From contig OZ024745.1 of the NCBI GenBank assembly GCA_964016885.1, positions 36,208,001 through 36,272,000 on the forward strand: a DNA stretch of 64,000 nt, read 5' to 3'. Source of the stretch: Eledone cirrhosa (Eukaryota). The position numbers were made by a program, and so were the translations under genes. The notes beneath the pieces were generated by a model that searched no databases, was not told the origin of the DNA, and was given only the letters and a program-made list of their open reading frames with translations. Of the stretch, positions 44,844-59,439 are shown in pieces; the first letter of the stretch is position 1, and every line of letters starts with the position of its first letter.

Positions 44844-47800
44844 ATCATTCATTATGTTTCCTTGCCGTCGCTACATCATTTAAGTTTTGGTGCTGCTAGA
44901 CATATTTTGATGAAAATTTAAATCTGAAATACAAAATTGTAGAAGCGAAATTAATATATCGGAACGCTCCACTGTTCGTATACTAGAGGTTGTTTCCATC
45001 ATTGAATGGTCCATTAAACTAGTGGGAAAGTAGATTAAGAGAGAGAATGGGGAGCTAGAAAGAAAGCAAAGGAGAGAGAGAGAGAGAAGGTGAGAGAGAG
45101 AGAGAGAGGGAGAGAGAGGGAGAGAGAGAGAGAGAAAAAGTGAAAGATTATCTGAATGGGTGGAGTTGCTGTGTTAAATAACAGTTCATTTACTGTAGAG
45201 GCAACGTGTCCTTTCACACGAAAGTCCAATGAACACAAACAGAGTAATATCTTGCAGTGAGATCTGTATATGACGTAATGAGATTAGGGTTAAGGAACCA
45301 TAACTAAATATTTCAACGATCTATTGGGATGTATAAAGACGAACTGAAGGTCAAAATTATGTAACAAACTCGAAGTGAAATCATATTATTTCTCCTCCAC
45401 TACATTATTTAAATTATCTAAAACAATACGACACACATTATGAACACATGTCACAAATGTAAAGCATTCTATGATAAATACAACTTTATTTTTGAAACAA
45501 CGAATAATCCTTGACATGACAGAACTAATAGAAGTAATATACATATAAATTAAACCCTATTCTCTTAGGAGACGGAAGCACTTACAATTCAAACAGATAC
45601 GAACTGATGTCTGTGTGTGTGAGCGTGTGTATGTGTGTGTGTGTGGGGGGGGGGGGGGGGGTATATAAGTATATGAGTATATGTGTTTGTGCGAAATCTC
45701 TATGATATCCAGGATGAATTGTGACTTAACACTTACAGAAATTATAACACTAATAGCCATACATTCATTATCCACAACCTAAATGTCTCTAAATACCTCT
45801 TTAGTTTTAAAAGACAAAAAACAGCAACATATTTGTTAACGAGCTTTGAATTTGTAAAAGGTATCCGGGATGAGCCCGACTTGAACAACCCTGGAGATAA
45901 AATTAAACGATTAAGTTTCACCGGGGACTAAATAGCAACGATAAATATTAATTCGTACCATAGGCTTTCAATTGCATTTTACTACAAGATTTCCGAATAG
46001 TTTTTATCAAATTTTTCCATTTGCTTTAGATACCACAATATTGTCTGTTAATCATTAATATCATTATTCATATTAGACATGCATATCAATTCCTCCAAAT
46101 CGTAAACGGTATCTATTAACTGTGATTTTAGTACAACTACTAATATATTACCAAAATATTCCTCTCTTTTCAATAATTCAATCCTCAAAACTTTGATCCC
46201 TTGAATGCAACAGAGTTTATTGATTATCATTGTGCCTACGTCACAGTTGTATTATATATTTCAATGTATTAAATATCTTAAGAACTGTTGCTTTCTGTTT
46301 ATGAATCACGGCTAATGAGGTTAAAAACGAGTTCGTTTTGACGAGATGTTGTGAACAATAAAATAAAGATTTCTTTGACTGAAAGCGATAAAATCGATGC
46401 AGAGACCTCTTTATCCATACATGACTCACTTCACCTGTCTGTGATTATATCAATTGAATCTTTTGGTCTGAAATAAAGGCAATCAGGAGAAGAATATACG
46501 ATATCCTAAACCTATTCAGCATAAAGCATAGGAATACTGCAGTTGTGATAAACTATTCAGTCAGGCAAACTCTAGTGAAATTAGCTGTCGACAGACATGG
46601 ATTATTCATCTTGCTTTATTGAACACAAATTCTATCACGAAAATCAACAAAAGGAATTTGAATTTTAGTAGTAAAAGAAACATGGTGACCCGCTAATAAA
46701 AATGTACATCAATACTGTTATTTATATAACTAGTTGCACTTTAATGGTGTCGAAATAACAGTATCGTTAAACGTTGGATGTAAAGCCTAACTGCTTCTGA
46801 TATTCCGTGCCATGTGTTCAATTTCTGCCGAGGTCAAGCTTGATTTTTAGTGGGGTGTTTGCGGAATATTTCTAAAGAGCTGCACCGAATGCTTTGCGGT
46901 ATCTGACACGGCTCTCTGCATTCGGAGTTGAAATCATATCTTTTTCTGCCAGAATATTATCAGCAATGTAACAACGAATAGAATCTCTATCTCATTGGTT
47001 CAACCTGGCAATCGTTTTCTGTTCTTTCCCCTCCTACATTAAGTACGGAATTGAATACTAACAACTAATTGATACATTTATATTCATATTATTTAGTCTT
47101 TCAAGGTTAACTTTTAGACTAGATTAATGAGTGATTGCGGGAGGGTTGGATGGGAGTCAGTGATTAAAATTATAGATTGCCTCGGCACGTGTCTATATAC
47201 CGGATCAGATTAGTTAGGGGTATAAATTTGTGGTAGGTTCTGTTGGCGGTACTAAATATTTATGAGTGATATGCCGGTTACATACCAGAATTTAATTACT
47301 ACAAAGTAATAAAGACACTATGTAATACAGAAGATGTAACCTGATGGTACTCATCCCCACAAGCCAGTAATTGGAGCAGATCGTATGTTGTTTGGCTTAG
47401 AAAACTGTGGTATGATTCTAACGGAAGGGTTTGAATTTAATATATGGATAAGGCTGAATGTAGGAAAATGAGTTGCGTTTGCTTGGTTTCGTGGACATAT
47501 GTACGTATATGTGTTCAGCTTCGTGTATACATGTCCATTTTAAAGTATTTGTATATTAGTACGTGCATGTATCGCCGTGTGTGTGTACCTTTCGACTTTT
47601 TAAACATGATATATAACTTTGAATGTAATATATATAATATATTTATGCTCCTACTTGATCGAGCTGTTAATATGTTGAAGTTATACTGCTATTTCTAGTT
47701 GGCGTGAAATCTTTCATGTCATTACGGATGATGACCGTTGGCTTTTTGATAATACCATGGACTTCTCCCGTTGTTATTTTAACGGGTGTAAGTTTAGATA

Positions 47801-48109
47801 GATCGATTTCCGTCACTGAAAATCCAGATCGATTATCTGATTTCACCCTTATTTGGTCAAATGTATTTATGATTTGTGAAGGATACACATGAGGAAGATA
47901 TATATGATTTTTAACAGGTATTTATATGTTGAATTTTTGTTAAATTTTAATGTGACACTGTAACGAATTCTGTATTCTTTCATTCTATACAGATTGTCTC
48001 TTGTTCAATTTTGATGTCCTATTGTACATTTATATCATTAGATATTTAGGTATATCTATTGACATTCACTACTTTGTAAAGAACATATATATATATGCAT
48101 ATATATATA

Positions 48110-48140
<31 letters not shown>

Positions 48141-48142
48141 GT

Positions 48143-48230
<88 letters not shown>

Positions 48231-48346
48231 TCAGTGAAGGTTATAATCACTGATGTGAAAATTTTAGAAAAAGTTTCCATTCTTAAACAAACATGTGACT
48301 AGCATGAGCATAACATTATTTTATTTTGCCCTTATATATATACATA

Positions 48347-48569
<223 letters not shown>

Positions 48570-48733
48570 ATCCAAACGAGGCCAAATGCTATAGTTTTTT
48601 TCTGAACTGAATTACAGACATTCTATTGTCACTATTTTCATCAGAAATAGAGTGAAGTCGTTATTGGCCCACAGGATATATGTAACCAATAAGAATATGG
48701 TTCGCTAATTGTGATACAGAAGAAATAACTAAC

Positions 48734-48777
<44 letters not shown>

Positions 48778-51606
48778 TGTATGTGTATGTGTGTTTGCGT
48801 GTATGTGTGTGTGTGTTTTATTGGCTTATTGCAAAACTGAATACCAAAACTGAGCAGAATAATCACGATAATTAATAATCGGCCTTAAGTGTTTTCTCAT
48901 GATTAACAGTTATAGTAATTGTCTCAGAATATGACCCACAGACGTTATGTTATATTAACAATTATTCTCTCCCTTCAAACACAGTCGTAATTATCGCTAT
49001 TCAAACAGTTTTTATGCATCTTTCTGCATGTACTGTATGTTGGCATTTTCCTCCTATAAATGTTACATAGACTTCATTATGCACGTCTTTTGGGACTAGA
49101 GAATATTACATATTTTGGTTAAAACACTGATTATAATTGTTTTATGCTTACTCATTTGACAGGTGCATAAAATATATCATCTACAATAATTATAAGCAAA
49201 ATGTGATATTGACCTGTTTCCTAGATATAGCTGCAAATCTTCTATTTTCTTGTCACTGCCTGGAAGTATTCAGATTTTTCATTTCAAACAACGAGAAGTA
49301 TCTGGCACCTTATGCTTATATTTATGCCTCTGGTAGTCATTATTTAGTCGCAATAATTTGCAACTGTTTAAAATGAAAGGCATTCCACTCATATATGCGT
49401 TTATGGAACCATAGACACTCAGTTTATCGTATATTAAATTATTATGAATCGGTCCATTTAAAAATATATTCTGGAATACGCTATGTTAATCAAACTTGCA
49501 CTATATATATATATATACTTTAAAGATAAATATTTTCTTTACAAAATCTATAAGCCTTTTTAATCTTTCATAATTCAGTATCTCTTAATATGTAAGTGTC
49601 TAATGATGCTGAATAATAATTCAAAAATACATGTATACAGTGAGATTACAAAGGAAGCTGGTATATGTTCACAGCTTCAAATACTTACTTGGAGGCTATG
49701 TGTGTGTTCATTTTACAGAAACATAGTGTATATGTGTCTATATGCCTTTATTCTGAATTAGACTGCGTTAGTGATATCGCTCATTTTATCATAAATGTTG
49801 TTTTGATTTTCTGTTTTCCCTTTCTTCTAATATATACTTGAGGTTAACAAACATTTTCTATGTGTTCTCTCTAAAACAATTATGTTATATTGTGAACGAG
49901 ACACTTGCATAATTTTTAATATTTTCAATGGAAATATCCTTAGTTTTCAGGTCATTCTAGTCCCCAAGTAGAATGTAACATATATATGTTACAGTCAAAG
50001 TAATAAAGAATATCATCAAAGCAAAATAGTGTAGATATCTCAGCTAAATATATTGAATTTTACAATAACAATATTTTCTCTTTTATCACTAATGCTACAT
50101 GATTTCGTTCACTGGTTTGATAGCTCCTTGGGAGCAATTTGATTCTATTGAGGAATCTAGTCTATTGTAAAGGTAGCATGCAATGGAATTAAGTATAACC
50201 TTATATTCTCAAATTATAACATAAATGAACACACATCATACAACTAGTATAATTTTCATTAAGTATTAACATTTTGTGATTTGGGTTCTAGCCAAATTAG
50301 CAGGTCACGTTTCGTTTCATAAAATAAACATAAAATGTTAGATCACGATTATCGGCTCTACCTATTATGTATTATTAAGTTACTGTTTGTATATAATATG
50401 TTCAAATCACTCATTTAAATAGTCTCTTCTAAAAGCATGAAATGTTACTCACTGTATGTTCTTCTTTTCTCTGTATTTCATATTATATACACCTACTAAA
50501 TATATCACAAATGAATACTTTGATTTTTAGAAATGATCAATTTAAAATTATCAAACATTCACCCTCGATTCTGTAAACTACATTAATATATACATTCGGA
50601 AATTACAATATACTAATCTCGAGCTAACACACACCAACATATTTGTTAACATTAAAAGGTGTAGATTATATGGCACACTTATAATATCATTTTCAACTTC
50701 AGAATGTGAAGGATATTAAAATACGGAATAAGTGCAGCTTCTTCTCAACTACTTGAACTCTGTACACTAGTACACATTTTCAACGACCATTATTTCAGAA
50801 AGAAGCAATTAAATGTCTACATTATTTCATATTCATACTAAACTTATTGCCTTCTAACTAAGCAACATTTACATGGTGTTATAATTTTAACACAGTTCGT
50901 GTATGCCTGTTTCTCCTTTAACCCGTTGATTAGAATCGGGTTTCCAAACAAATATTATGTCTCTTCCAGTTCACTGAGTCGAATGATCAGAAATAGGGGG
51001 AAATTCTCTTTGAATTGTAATGTTCTTCCGAGTGTGATAACTTACTTTGAAAAATATTCTAACTGGTCTCAATAAATTAGTTCAATATGAATACAATAAA
51101 AGACATTGTAACAAAAATCAAAGCAGATTTTAATTTTGGCATTGTTTTATTGGATATCATATCAGAGTAGTTTAATTTTTATATGAGCATAAACCGTGAA
51201 AGACATCGTTGATCATTCTTTCGTTCTTGGGTGTTTGAGGGTTTTCATTCTTTTGTCCTAAAACATATTCACCAGTCTAGAACAAAATATGTCAAAAATA
51301 TTGCCTTTCTTTAATCTTCGATATAGCCCTTAGATTTATTAACAGCCTTCACAGTTTATGCAATATATAAGAAACTGGAATATAATCTGATGTTCGTCTA
51401 CTGCTGATAGTGCCGGGACTAAAACACAAATGCTGTTATCATAAGTATATACCCTCAATATATCAGACGTATATACTCTCTATATAGTTTAGAACCTATA
51501 ATATGTTATCCATCAATGCAGAAATATAGTTTTGCTCAAAATTGACTTTCCTCACACACACGTATCATAAACTAGATTTACTTTACAGAATATATATTAA
51601 TTATAC

Positions 51607-51930
51607 TTGTTTCTACTTTTGGCACAAGGCCAGCAATTACCCAGTGCATTACTGGTACTATATTAATTATACTGTTAGTTGGACAGCAATTTAATGTCAC
51701 CTTATTAGACCACACACATGATGCTTTCGGATTTAGGTACAAGCCGAACAATTTGGAGGGAAAAGTTGATTAAATTGATATGAATGCATTAGTGGTTCTT
51801 TATTTTATCGACCCCGTAAGGATGAACGGCAAAGCTACCTCGGCGGGATATGAACTCAGAACATAAAGGAACGTAACTCTATGCCAAGAAGCATGGTGTC
51901 CGACACTCTACCGATACTGACAATCCCCCA
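51607..51930 (-). mobile_element. tRNA-derived SINE (51725-51930) plus a separate SINE 3' fragment (51607-51658)
   Basis: Reverse complement of the 13057 family. Confidence 0.8.
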
Positions 51931-52449
51931 CCCTAGACCAAATAAATAATGACGTAGTATGTAGGCACCCCGGATATTATTGATATATATATACCATTCC
52001 ATTGTGCTGAGACTGCAATACAACGGAAATATTTTATCTGTATTTTACTATTTCATTTTAGATTTTGGTAATTACCATTTCATCGATAAATGGTTATGCC
52101 TCACTGGATATGGCTTCTAAAAGAAATTAACGTATATAGCCATCTACTCCAAAACAAATGATTATATATTAAGTGTTCAAAATATTAAATATTTTTCGTT
52201 ATAAACCTACATATAGAAACATAAATGCAACTTAATTTTAGCCTTTTTTATTACTATAGTTATGTATAGCTGGTTCATTACATTTAGCTGAGAATAATTA
52301 TAATGGAAATTACACCCTACGTCTACAAGCATCGCAATCGCGGTATGATTAACAAAAGAACCTGAGCTTACAATGTTGTGTTTGGATTCTACTGTTTCTA
52401 ATATCGCAAAAGTGAAGGTTTTCGTAAAATTAGAGCTAGATTTACTGGT

Positions 52450-52665
52450 GCCCCTGTTCGGAAGCACCCCGTGTTAACCGCTTGTATTCACGATCATGTC
52501 CCCAGCCATTACCCAACATTCGTGACCATATGAAAGAGTTGGCAAGAATACCCAATTGAAGATAGCGAGTTTGGCTTTACCATCTATCTCTCTTCTGCTG
52601 GTTACTAAATGCTCCAGCTGGCGCATTTAATTACATCACCTGTAATTCTTGCACGTAATTCAGCC
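52450..52665 (-). mobile_element. RTE-type LINE fragment
   Basis: KLAIFNWVFLPTLSYGHECWVM matches RTE PxLxYGxExW. Confidence 0.65.
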
Positions 52666-52863
52666 TTCTACCTTTTATATATATATATACCTCGATCAGT
52701 TTGACAATCGCGACCGACGAATGTGTGAAAGTTCTCCAGAAAAGTTAACGAGGAATCTTAACCAAAAGTTAACCAAAGAACTTACTAGATCTATAAAACT
52801 AAATTGTAAAATTATATTATAAAATTAAATTGTTTAGAAATACAAGTGAAGTCATTCTTTTTC

Positions 52864-52988
<125 letters not shown>

Positions 52989-53929
52989 CAGAGAGAGAGA
53001 GAGAGAGATACGCATCGACATATTGGGTATGAGTGAATAAATCAATTAGAATGAACCATCCGAACGATGTTCACTTTCCTATGATCAAATGTTTCAAAAT
53101 TGCTATCGGCCTCAACCAGTATCTTAAGACTATGTGGTGTTGTTGATATCATGTCATATTGTAATTGGTCTAACAATAGTTCAGGCAGATCAAATGTTAT
53201 TTTCCGTTCAGTTTCATACACCAGTGTTTAATATAACGTAATTTTCATTTCCATAAATATTCATTTATATCGGAAATATTGCAAATATTACTTTTCTCAA
53301 AATGATCACTGCGTATTTAAGGACATTTATAAATTCATATATACCTGCTGCAGTTTGACTTACTACCCGAAAATATAGGAGACAATTGCCCAAGTCCCCA
53401 TGCCGTTTGGTTGAACCCAACCACGATGTCTGCGAAGTGATCTACTTCGCCAAACACCCATGATATGTGACTATAGCAATGTAAAAATTATAATTTCACT
53501 TCGCAACTAGGTATCTTTTTATTCACGTACCTTTCAGATATATTAAGAAACCCTAGAATTCCTGAATTTTGTAAAGCTAAAATTCTAATTTTAGTCTTAA
53601 TTCTACTCACATTTAACTGTTTGTTTTCAATGTTAATAATTTTACTGATTAATTTCATAAAGAAAGATAGCATCGTGAAAATCAATAAATATGGTTTTAG
53701 TTTTTTAACATCGTGTCACATCATAATTAATTTGTTTTAATTCACACAACACTTAAAACCTTATTAATATGGCAATTTCTTTTTTTATTTGTTCTTATTT
53801 CATGGACACTGAATGATGTATTTCAAGTATATAATTACATAAAACACGTCTGATATTAGCTGAGGACATCGCTCTTACTTGCTAAGTTAATACGCAAGTA
53901 TATTCTTGTTTATGAATCTGGTCACACAT

Positions 53930-54090
53930 CAGCTGAACGATGTTGGATTTGTAAAATTATTAGTGTCAGAGAAAATATTTTGCAGTATTTGTTCAAGTCC
54001 TTTCTGTTCTTAGTTCGAATTCTGCCAAGGTTAACTTTGCTGTTCATCCTTTCAGGTTTGATCAAATAAATTACTAGACAATGAGTACGT
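53930..54090 (+). mobile_element. Old SINE copy
   Basis: AGTTCGAATTCTGCCAAGGTTAACTTTGC..TTCATCCTTTC..G.TTGAT.AAATAAATTAC. Confidence 0.6.
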
Positions 54091-54708
54091 CGATATAATA
54101 GACTTTCGTTTTCCCAACACATTCTGCGAAAATATGACGCAATTATGTATCCGTTTGAAGGTGACAAATGGATAGAGTCAATAAAACATAAATTTACACG
54201 CTTTGCGTTCACATCCTGACCATGTCAACTTTGTCTTTCATTATTTCAATATCGATAAATAATTTAACAATTCAACGACGACGGATTGGCGAATTTTCTA
54301 AAGATTCGGATGAGATACATTGCTCAATCTTATCAGGTTCTGTACCTTATGAGTTCAAGTACAGCCTTGATGCTTGGCTCAATCTTACGATCAGCTCATT
54401 CCCTTTAGTTTAGCAGTCCAAATGTCTCGGAGAAGCAAATTACTGGAAGCATTATATATATGTATGGGTAATTTATTCATTTACTTTATTGTTAAGAAAA
54501 ATGGTATACTTCTATTCCTCAGGCATCGTATCATGAATAGAAGTATGCCGTGTATCAAAGAGACATGCCTGTTATTAAAATCTATCAAACTCCCTCATGT
54601 CACTTCATGCCTTGAAATATTGTAGTAATAGTAAAAACCGGGATGTTATGTACAAAGCAGATAGAGCACTCAGTCCAAATGACGAGTTCGGTAAGGAAGT
54701 AGTTCCAC

Positions 54709-54856
54709 AAAATATTACCAAACCATATTTGAGAACACGCGTTTCACCCTAAGAATTCCTCAACTCATGTATGGTCCGTTCTCACTATAAGAATATATGA
54801 GTTTTGAGATTCCTTCGGGTGAAACACGAGTTCTCAAGTATGGTTTGGTATTTTGT
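54709..54856. repeat. Fold-back palindrome, each arm with a degenerate HHR (54730-54767 -, 54798-54836 +)
   Basis: Minus arm reads TGAG-TTGAGGA-ATTC-tta-GGGT-GAAA-CGCGTG-TT-CTCA. Confidence 0.8.
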
Positions 54857-55825
54857 TGTCGAACTAATTCTCTCTCTCTCTCTCTTAATATAATTAGATA
54901 TTTGTCTGCATGCGTGCCTTTGTGTGTGTATGCGTGCATTTGTGTGTACGTGTGTGTAAACAATCCCCTTTTAGACTCGTTGACCAATATGTAGTGTTTG
55001 AATTTGAAAGCGATAATCATCATTTTCGTTTGACTACGAAAAAACACTAATACGTTGAGCATATAAACTCTCAATGTAGAAAAGATGTGTACAGCGCCAC
55101 CCGTTTGACACGAACTTACACCTGAATATACCGTTTCAACGTGACAACCATTGCATTAAAGCGCCACCGACGAACTTTTCCGTTATAGAAAGGCTTATTA
55201 ATCAGCTAGTACATATATAAGTAATATATTCCCAATAGTGTGAAACCGTTATATATATATATATGTATGTGTGTTTGTGTGTATGTCTGTCTGTATGTAT
55301 GTATGTATGTTTTTATGAAAGTATGTATGTATCTATGTATATATATATATATATATGTGTGGTGGAGTGTGTGGTTGTGTATGAGTTCGTATGGAAGGAT
55401 TGATAGATAACTGCATCTATAAGTTGTACATGAGAGAAGCAATAAATGCTTTCACTCAACATATTGTATTGAGCATATTTCCTTTTCAGTATAAACTCAA
55501 ATATGTATATATATATATATATGTGTGTGTATGTATGTATATATATATGTGTGCGTGTGTGTGTGTGTATACATGTATATGTGAGTGTGTGTATGTGTGT
55601 GTGTGTGTGTGTGTGTTTATGTATGTATGTATGTATGTATGTATGTATGTATATATATATATATAGTTAAAAGAATAGAGGTGTAACACGCAAGTTATTA
55701 TATATTGGTAAACGGAATAGAAAATGCTGACAAATTGTTCACAGTTGAAAAATGGTTTAATTAGGAATAAAAGAGTATTAGTGATTGTATGGGTTAGTAT
55801 TCAGTTGTGGTTTTAAGTTTTTAAG

Positions 55826-55864
55826 TTTTTACCGGTTGCGCATTTCTAAATGCTTTTCAAAAAT
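55826..55864 (-). ncRNA. Degenerate U3-A8 hammerhead motif
   Basis: TTT-TTGAAAA-GCATT-taga-AATGC-GCAA-CCGG-TA-AAA; GAAA reads GCAA. Confidence 0.55.
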
Positions 55865-56051
55865 AATTTTGAGATAGAGTGTCCGTGCTGTTTGCTCTGA
55901 TATATATATATAATAATAATAATACTATTTTTAGATATATATATACTATAAACAACTATAAACAGGAAAGGCCAGTAATTTTCTACTACCTTATTACCAG
56001 TAAGAGAAATATAAGAACATCAGTTGTTTTACAGAGCAGGAAAATAAATTT

Positions 56052-56793
56052 ATATATGGATGTATATATAATGTATTTTGCAATACACTTTATGCTTAAT
56101 TAAAAGCATTTTGAAGACCGTAAGCTATTGTTTTAAAGTAGTGACAAATTCACTCACTTTGATCTCAGCAAACAGGGGAGATAAGCCGACATCACATGTT
56201 TCGCTTTTGTTGAAGCTTATCAAGGCCAACTACCCCGCCTGTCTACTGAGATCAATGATGTTATATTCTTATAGAAATCTAGTAAATAATCAGGAGCTGA
56301 TTATGCAGAGCGGTTGTTGGTCAGGCAGAAATTAAAAATTAGAATTGGAGCTCTGAAATAGCAATATATATATGGATGTATATATAATGTATTTTGCAAT
56401 ACACTTTATGCTTAATTAAAAGCATTTTGAAGACCGTAAGCTATTGTTTTAAAGTAGTGACAAATTCTAATTTTTAATTTCTGCCTGACCAACAACCGCT
56501 CTGCATAATCAGCTCCTGATTATTTACTAGATTTCTATAAGAATATAACATCATTGATCTCAGTAGACAGGCGGGGTAGTTGGCCTTGATAAGCTTCAAC
56601 AAAAGCGAAACATGTCATGTCGGCTTATCTCCCCTGTTTGCTGAGATCAAAGTGAGTGAATTTGTCACTACTTTAAAACAATAGCTTACGGTCTTCAAAA
56701 TGCTTTTAATTAAGCATAAAGTGTATTGCAAAATACATTATATATACATCCATATATATATTGTTATTTCAGAGCTCCAATGCTAATTTTTAA

Positions 56794-56798
<5 letters not shown>
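56052..56798. repeat. Complex inverted/direct repeat of a ~315-bp unit with HHR motifs (56184-56227 -, 56582-56625 +)
   Basis: 56052-56365 forward, 56366-56467 direct partial repeat, 56464-56795 inverted. GGCC-TTGATAA-GCTT-caacaa-AAGC-GAAA-CATgtcATG-TC-GGCT. Confidence 0.9.
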
Positions 56799-56873
<75 letters not shown>

Positions 56874-57005
56874 GTGAGGTTTTTTTTTACAAAATGAAAA
56901 ATAACCGAGGTATCCTACACGAGTGAAAGTATAAAGAAAAAGAGATGAAATCGAAAATGCAACTGGAGTCTGATTTTTTAAAAAAATATATATATTTATT
57001 TGGTT

Positions 57006-57043
57006 CCGTTACCGGTTTCGCAGTTCTTCTGCTTTTCAAAAGG
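57006..57043 (-). ncRNA. Minimal hammerhead ribozyme, U3-A8 core variant
   Basis: CCTT-TTGAAAA-GCAG-aagaa-CTGC-GAAA-CCGG-TA-ACGG. Confidence 0.75.
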
Positions 57044-57809
57044 TGAGTTGAGATGGAGGGTCTGTGGTTTTTCTCACATCTGGTTGGTCTCTGAATGTTC
57101 CTTGTTTTATATGGAAAAGGTGGCTCGAAATGCCAGGTTTTTCGAGAAGTAATTTGATTGGTTTGTCAATAATTATAATAAATTTCGCGCCAGTTCGCGT
57201 TACAATAGTTCTTCAAATAAGATGGGGGGGGGGGGGTCACAGTTTGTTTTTTCATATATGAGTGTTTGAATTTCTTTTTACTTGAAAAAAGGAGGCTCAC
57301 GAAGGCTTTTTTTGGTTGCTCATAAATGAAATTATGGCTGACACGTGAACAAGTTTTCATTAAATGGGAGAATTGTTCTGGTTCAGTGAATATGGTTAGT
57401 TCGCTGGGGTGTCAGAATTCAGATTTTCTATTGAATAAAGAAAGTAAAGAAATGCATGTTTATTTGTGTGCTTGCGTGTGTGTGTGTGTGTGTGTTGTGT
57501 GTGTGTGTGTTTGAATTTCTTTACTTAAAAAAAAGGTGGCTCACGAAGGCTTTTTTTAATAAACGTGATTTGATTGGTTATAAATGAAATTTGGCTGTCA
57601 CGTGAACAAGTTTTCATTACATTTTTGCGCCCTTATTTGGAAATCTATTCTGTAGCCTTTTATAGAGAATGTTATGACAATGGAAAGATAGTGGTCAAGA
57701 GAAATGTGATTGCGAGAATTGTTCTGGTTCAGTGAATATGGTTAGTTCGCTGGGGTGTCAGAGTTCAGATTTTCTATTGAAGTAAAGATATGTATGTTTA
57801 TTTGTGTGC

Positions 57810-57876
<67 letters not shown>

Positions 57877-58386
57877 TATGTGTGTGTGTGTGTATGATTC
57901 TATTAGTAAAAATGATGATTCTATTAGTAAAAATGGGGGAGGGAGTTGTGTGTGTGTGTGTATATGGGTGTTATGTGTGTGTGTGCGAGTATGTTAAGAT
58001 GGAGAGAATATATATTTTGTGTGTATGTATATATGTGTGTAGGAAAGTAGTTCTATTAGTAGAAATGGGGGAGGGGAGTTGTGGGTGTGGGGGTTGTTAT
58101 GTGTGTGTATGGGTGTTATGTGTGTGGGATTATGGTTAGCATGTTAAGATGAAGAGAATATATATATATATATATATTATGTGTGTGTGTGTGTGTGTAG
58201 GAAAATGATTCCTTTAGTAGGAATATTTTTGAATGAACATATTTTCCTTACTTATTCGTATTTGTTCTGTTGTATTGTCAGTGCAAACGTATGTTAAGGT
58301 TTATTTAGTTCGGGTTTTTATTTTCTAAAGTAGAAGGTGTTATGTGTGTGCGTGTATGTCATATTATGGTGTTGACATAATGTATA

Positions 58387-59439
58387 TTAAACCATATTTA
58401 ATGTTGGTCTATATTTTTGAATAAACATATTTTCCTTATTTATTCGTATTTGTTCTGTTGTATTGTTAGCGCAAAGGTAAAATGGGAAGACTTGGAATTT
58501 GGGTGTCTTATTACTTGCGCAAATGTCTAGATGTGCACTTAGTGGTATCTGTCTCGTGGTTGGATCTCGTAATTGTTGGCGATGAACTGTCATTCTGTTT
58601 CTGAGTGTGAGTTTAGTTTGTCCTATATAATCTTCATTGCATCCTTTACATTTAATGGCATAAATTAGATTTTTTGATGAGCAAGTGAAGTGATTTTTTA
58701 CAGTAAAAGTTTGTCCTGATTTAAATGTATACGTGTCGCCTTCAATGAGGTGAGTGCAGGTTCCACAATTAGAGCGACCACATTTGTTGATACTTGGTTG
58801 TGGGTTTGTGGTAGGTAATTTGGCATTGGTGAGTAATGTTTTCAGTGATTTTGTTTGTCTTTTGCTTTTGATTATTTTGTGTGTTTCAAGGGCTTTTTTC
58901 ATTCTTGGGTTTTGTTTTAGTAGTGGGATGTTATTGTGAATAGTGTTGTAAGCTTCCGCATTTCTTGGGTTGTGTGTTGAGATATATGATAGAATATTGG
59001 ACGTACCTTGAATTTGTTTCTGTTTCCGTAATTCATCAATGCCTATTGCTTTAGCCCTTTCTATTCCATTATTTATTAGTAATAGTGGGTACTCTTTCTC
59101 GAGTAGAATTTCCTTTAATTCTTGAAGTCTTTTATTTCGCGTTTCATAATTGGAGACAATTGTGCAAATTCTTCTTGCTAGGTTAAAAGGAATGTTCGTC
59201 TTCGTGTGCTTTGGATGGTTGGAGGTGAATAGCAGATATTGTTTGGAATCTGTTGGTTTGTAGTGTATGTCAGTTTCGATATTTGTGTCTTTTTTTAAGA
59301 TTAAGATGTCCAGAAATGGAAGTTGATCTTGGCTGTATTCCATTGTGAATTGGATGTGGTTATTGATGCCGTTTATTAAGTTTTTGAAATCCTTCAGTTG
59401 GTCGAGTGTGTGGGACCAACGAATGAGGCAATCATCCAT
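58387..59439 (-). CDS. Uninterrupted C-terminal half of PLE RT (from YMDD) + Zn linker + GIY-YIG endonuclease
   Basis: MDDCLIRW, LPFLDI, YKPTDSKQYL..SNHP, CGRSNCGTC, FTCSSKNLIYAIKCKGCNEDYIGQT...RMTVH. Confidence 0.9.
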   Translation of the reverse strand: MDDCLIRWSHTLDQLKDFKNLINGINNHIQFTMEYSQDQLPFLDILILKKDTNIETDIHYKPTDSKQYLLFTSNHPKHTKTNIPFNLARRICTIVSNYETRNKRLQELKEILLEKEYPLLLINNGIERAKAIGIDELRKQKQIQGTSNILSYISTHNPRNAEAYNTIHNNIPLLKQNPRMKKALETHKIIKSKRQTKSLKTLLTNAKLPTTNPQPSINKCGRSNCGTCTHLIEGDTYTFKSGQTFTVKNHFTCSSKNLIYAIKCKGCNEDYIGQTKLTLRNRMTVHRQQLRDPTTRQIPLSAHLDICASNKTPKFQVFPFYLCANNTTEQIRINKENMFIQKYRPTLNMV

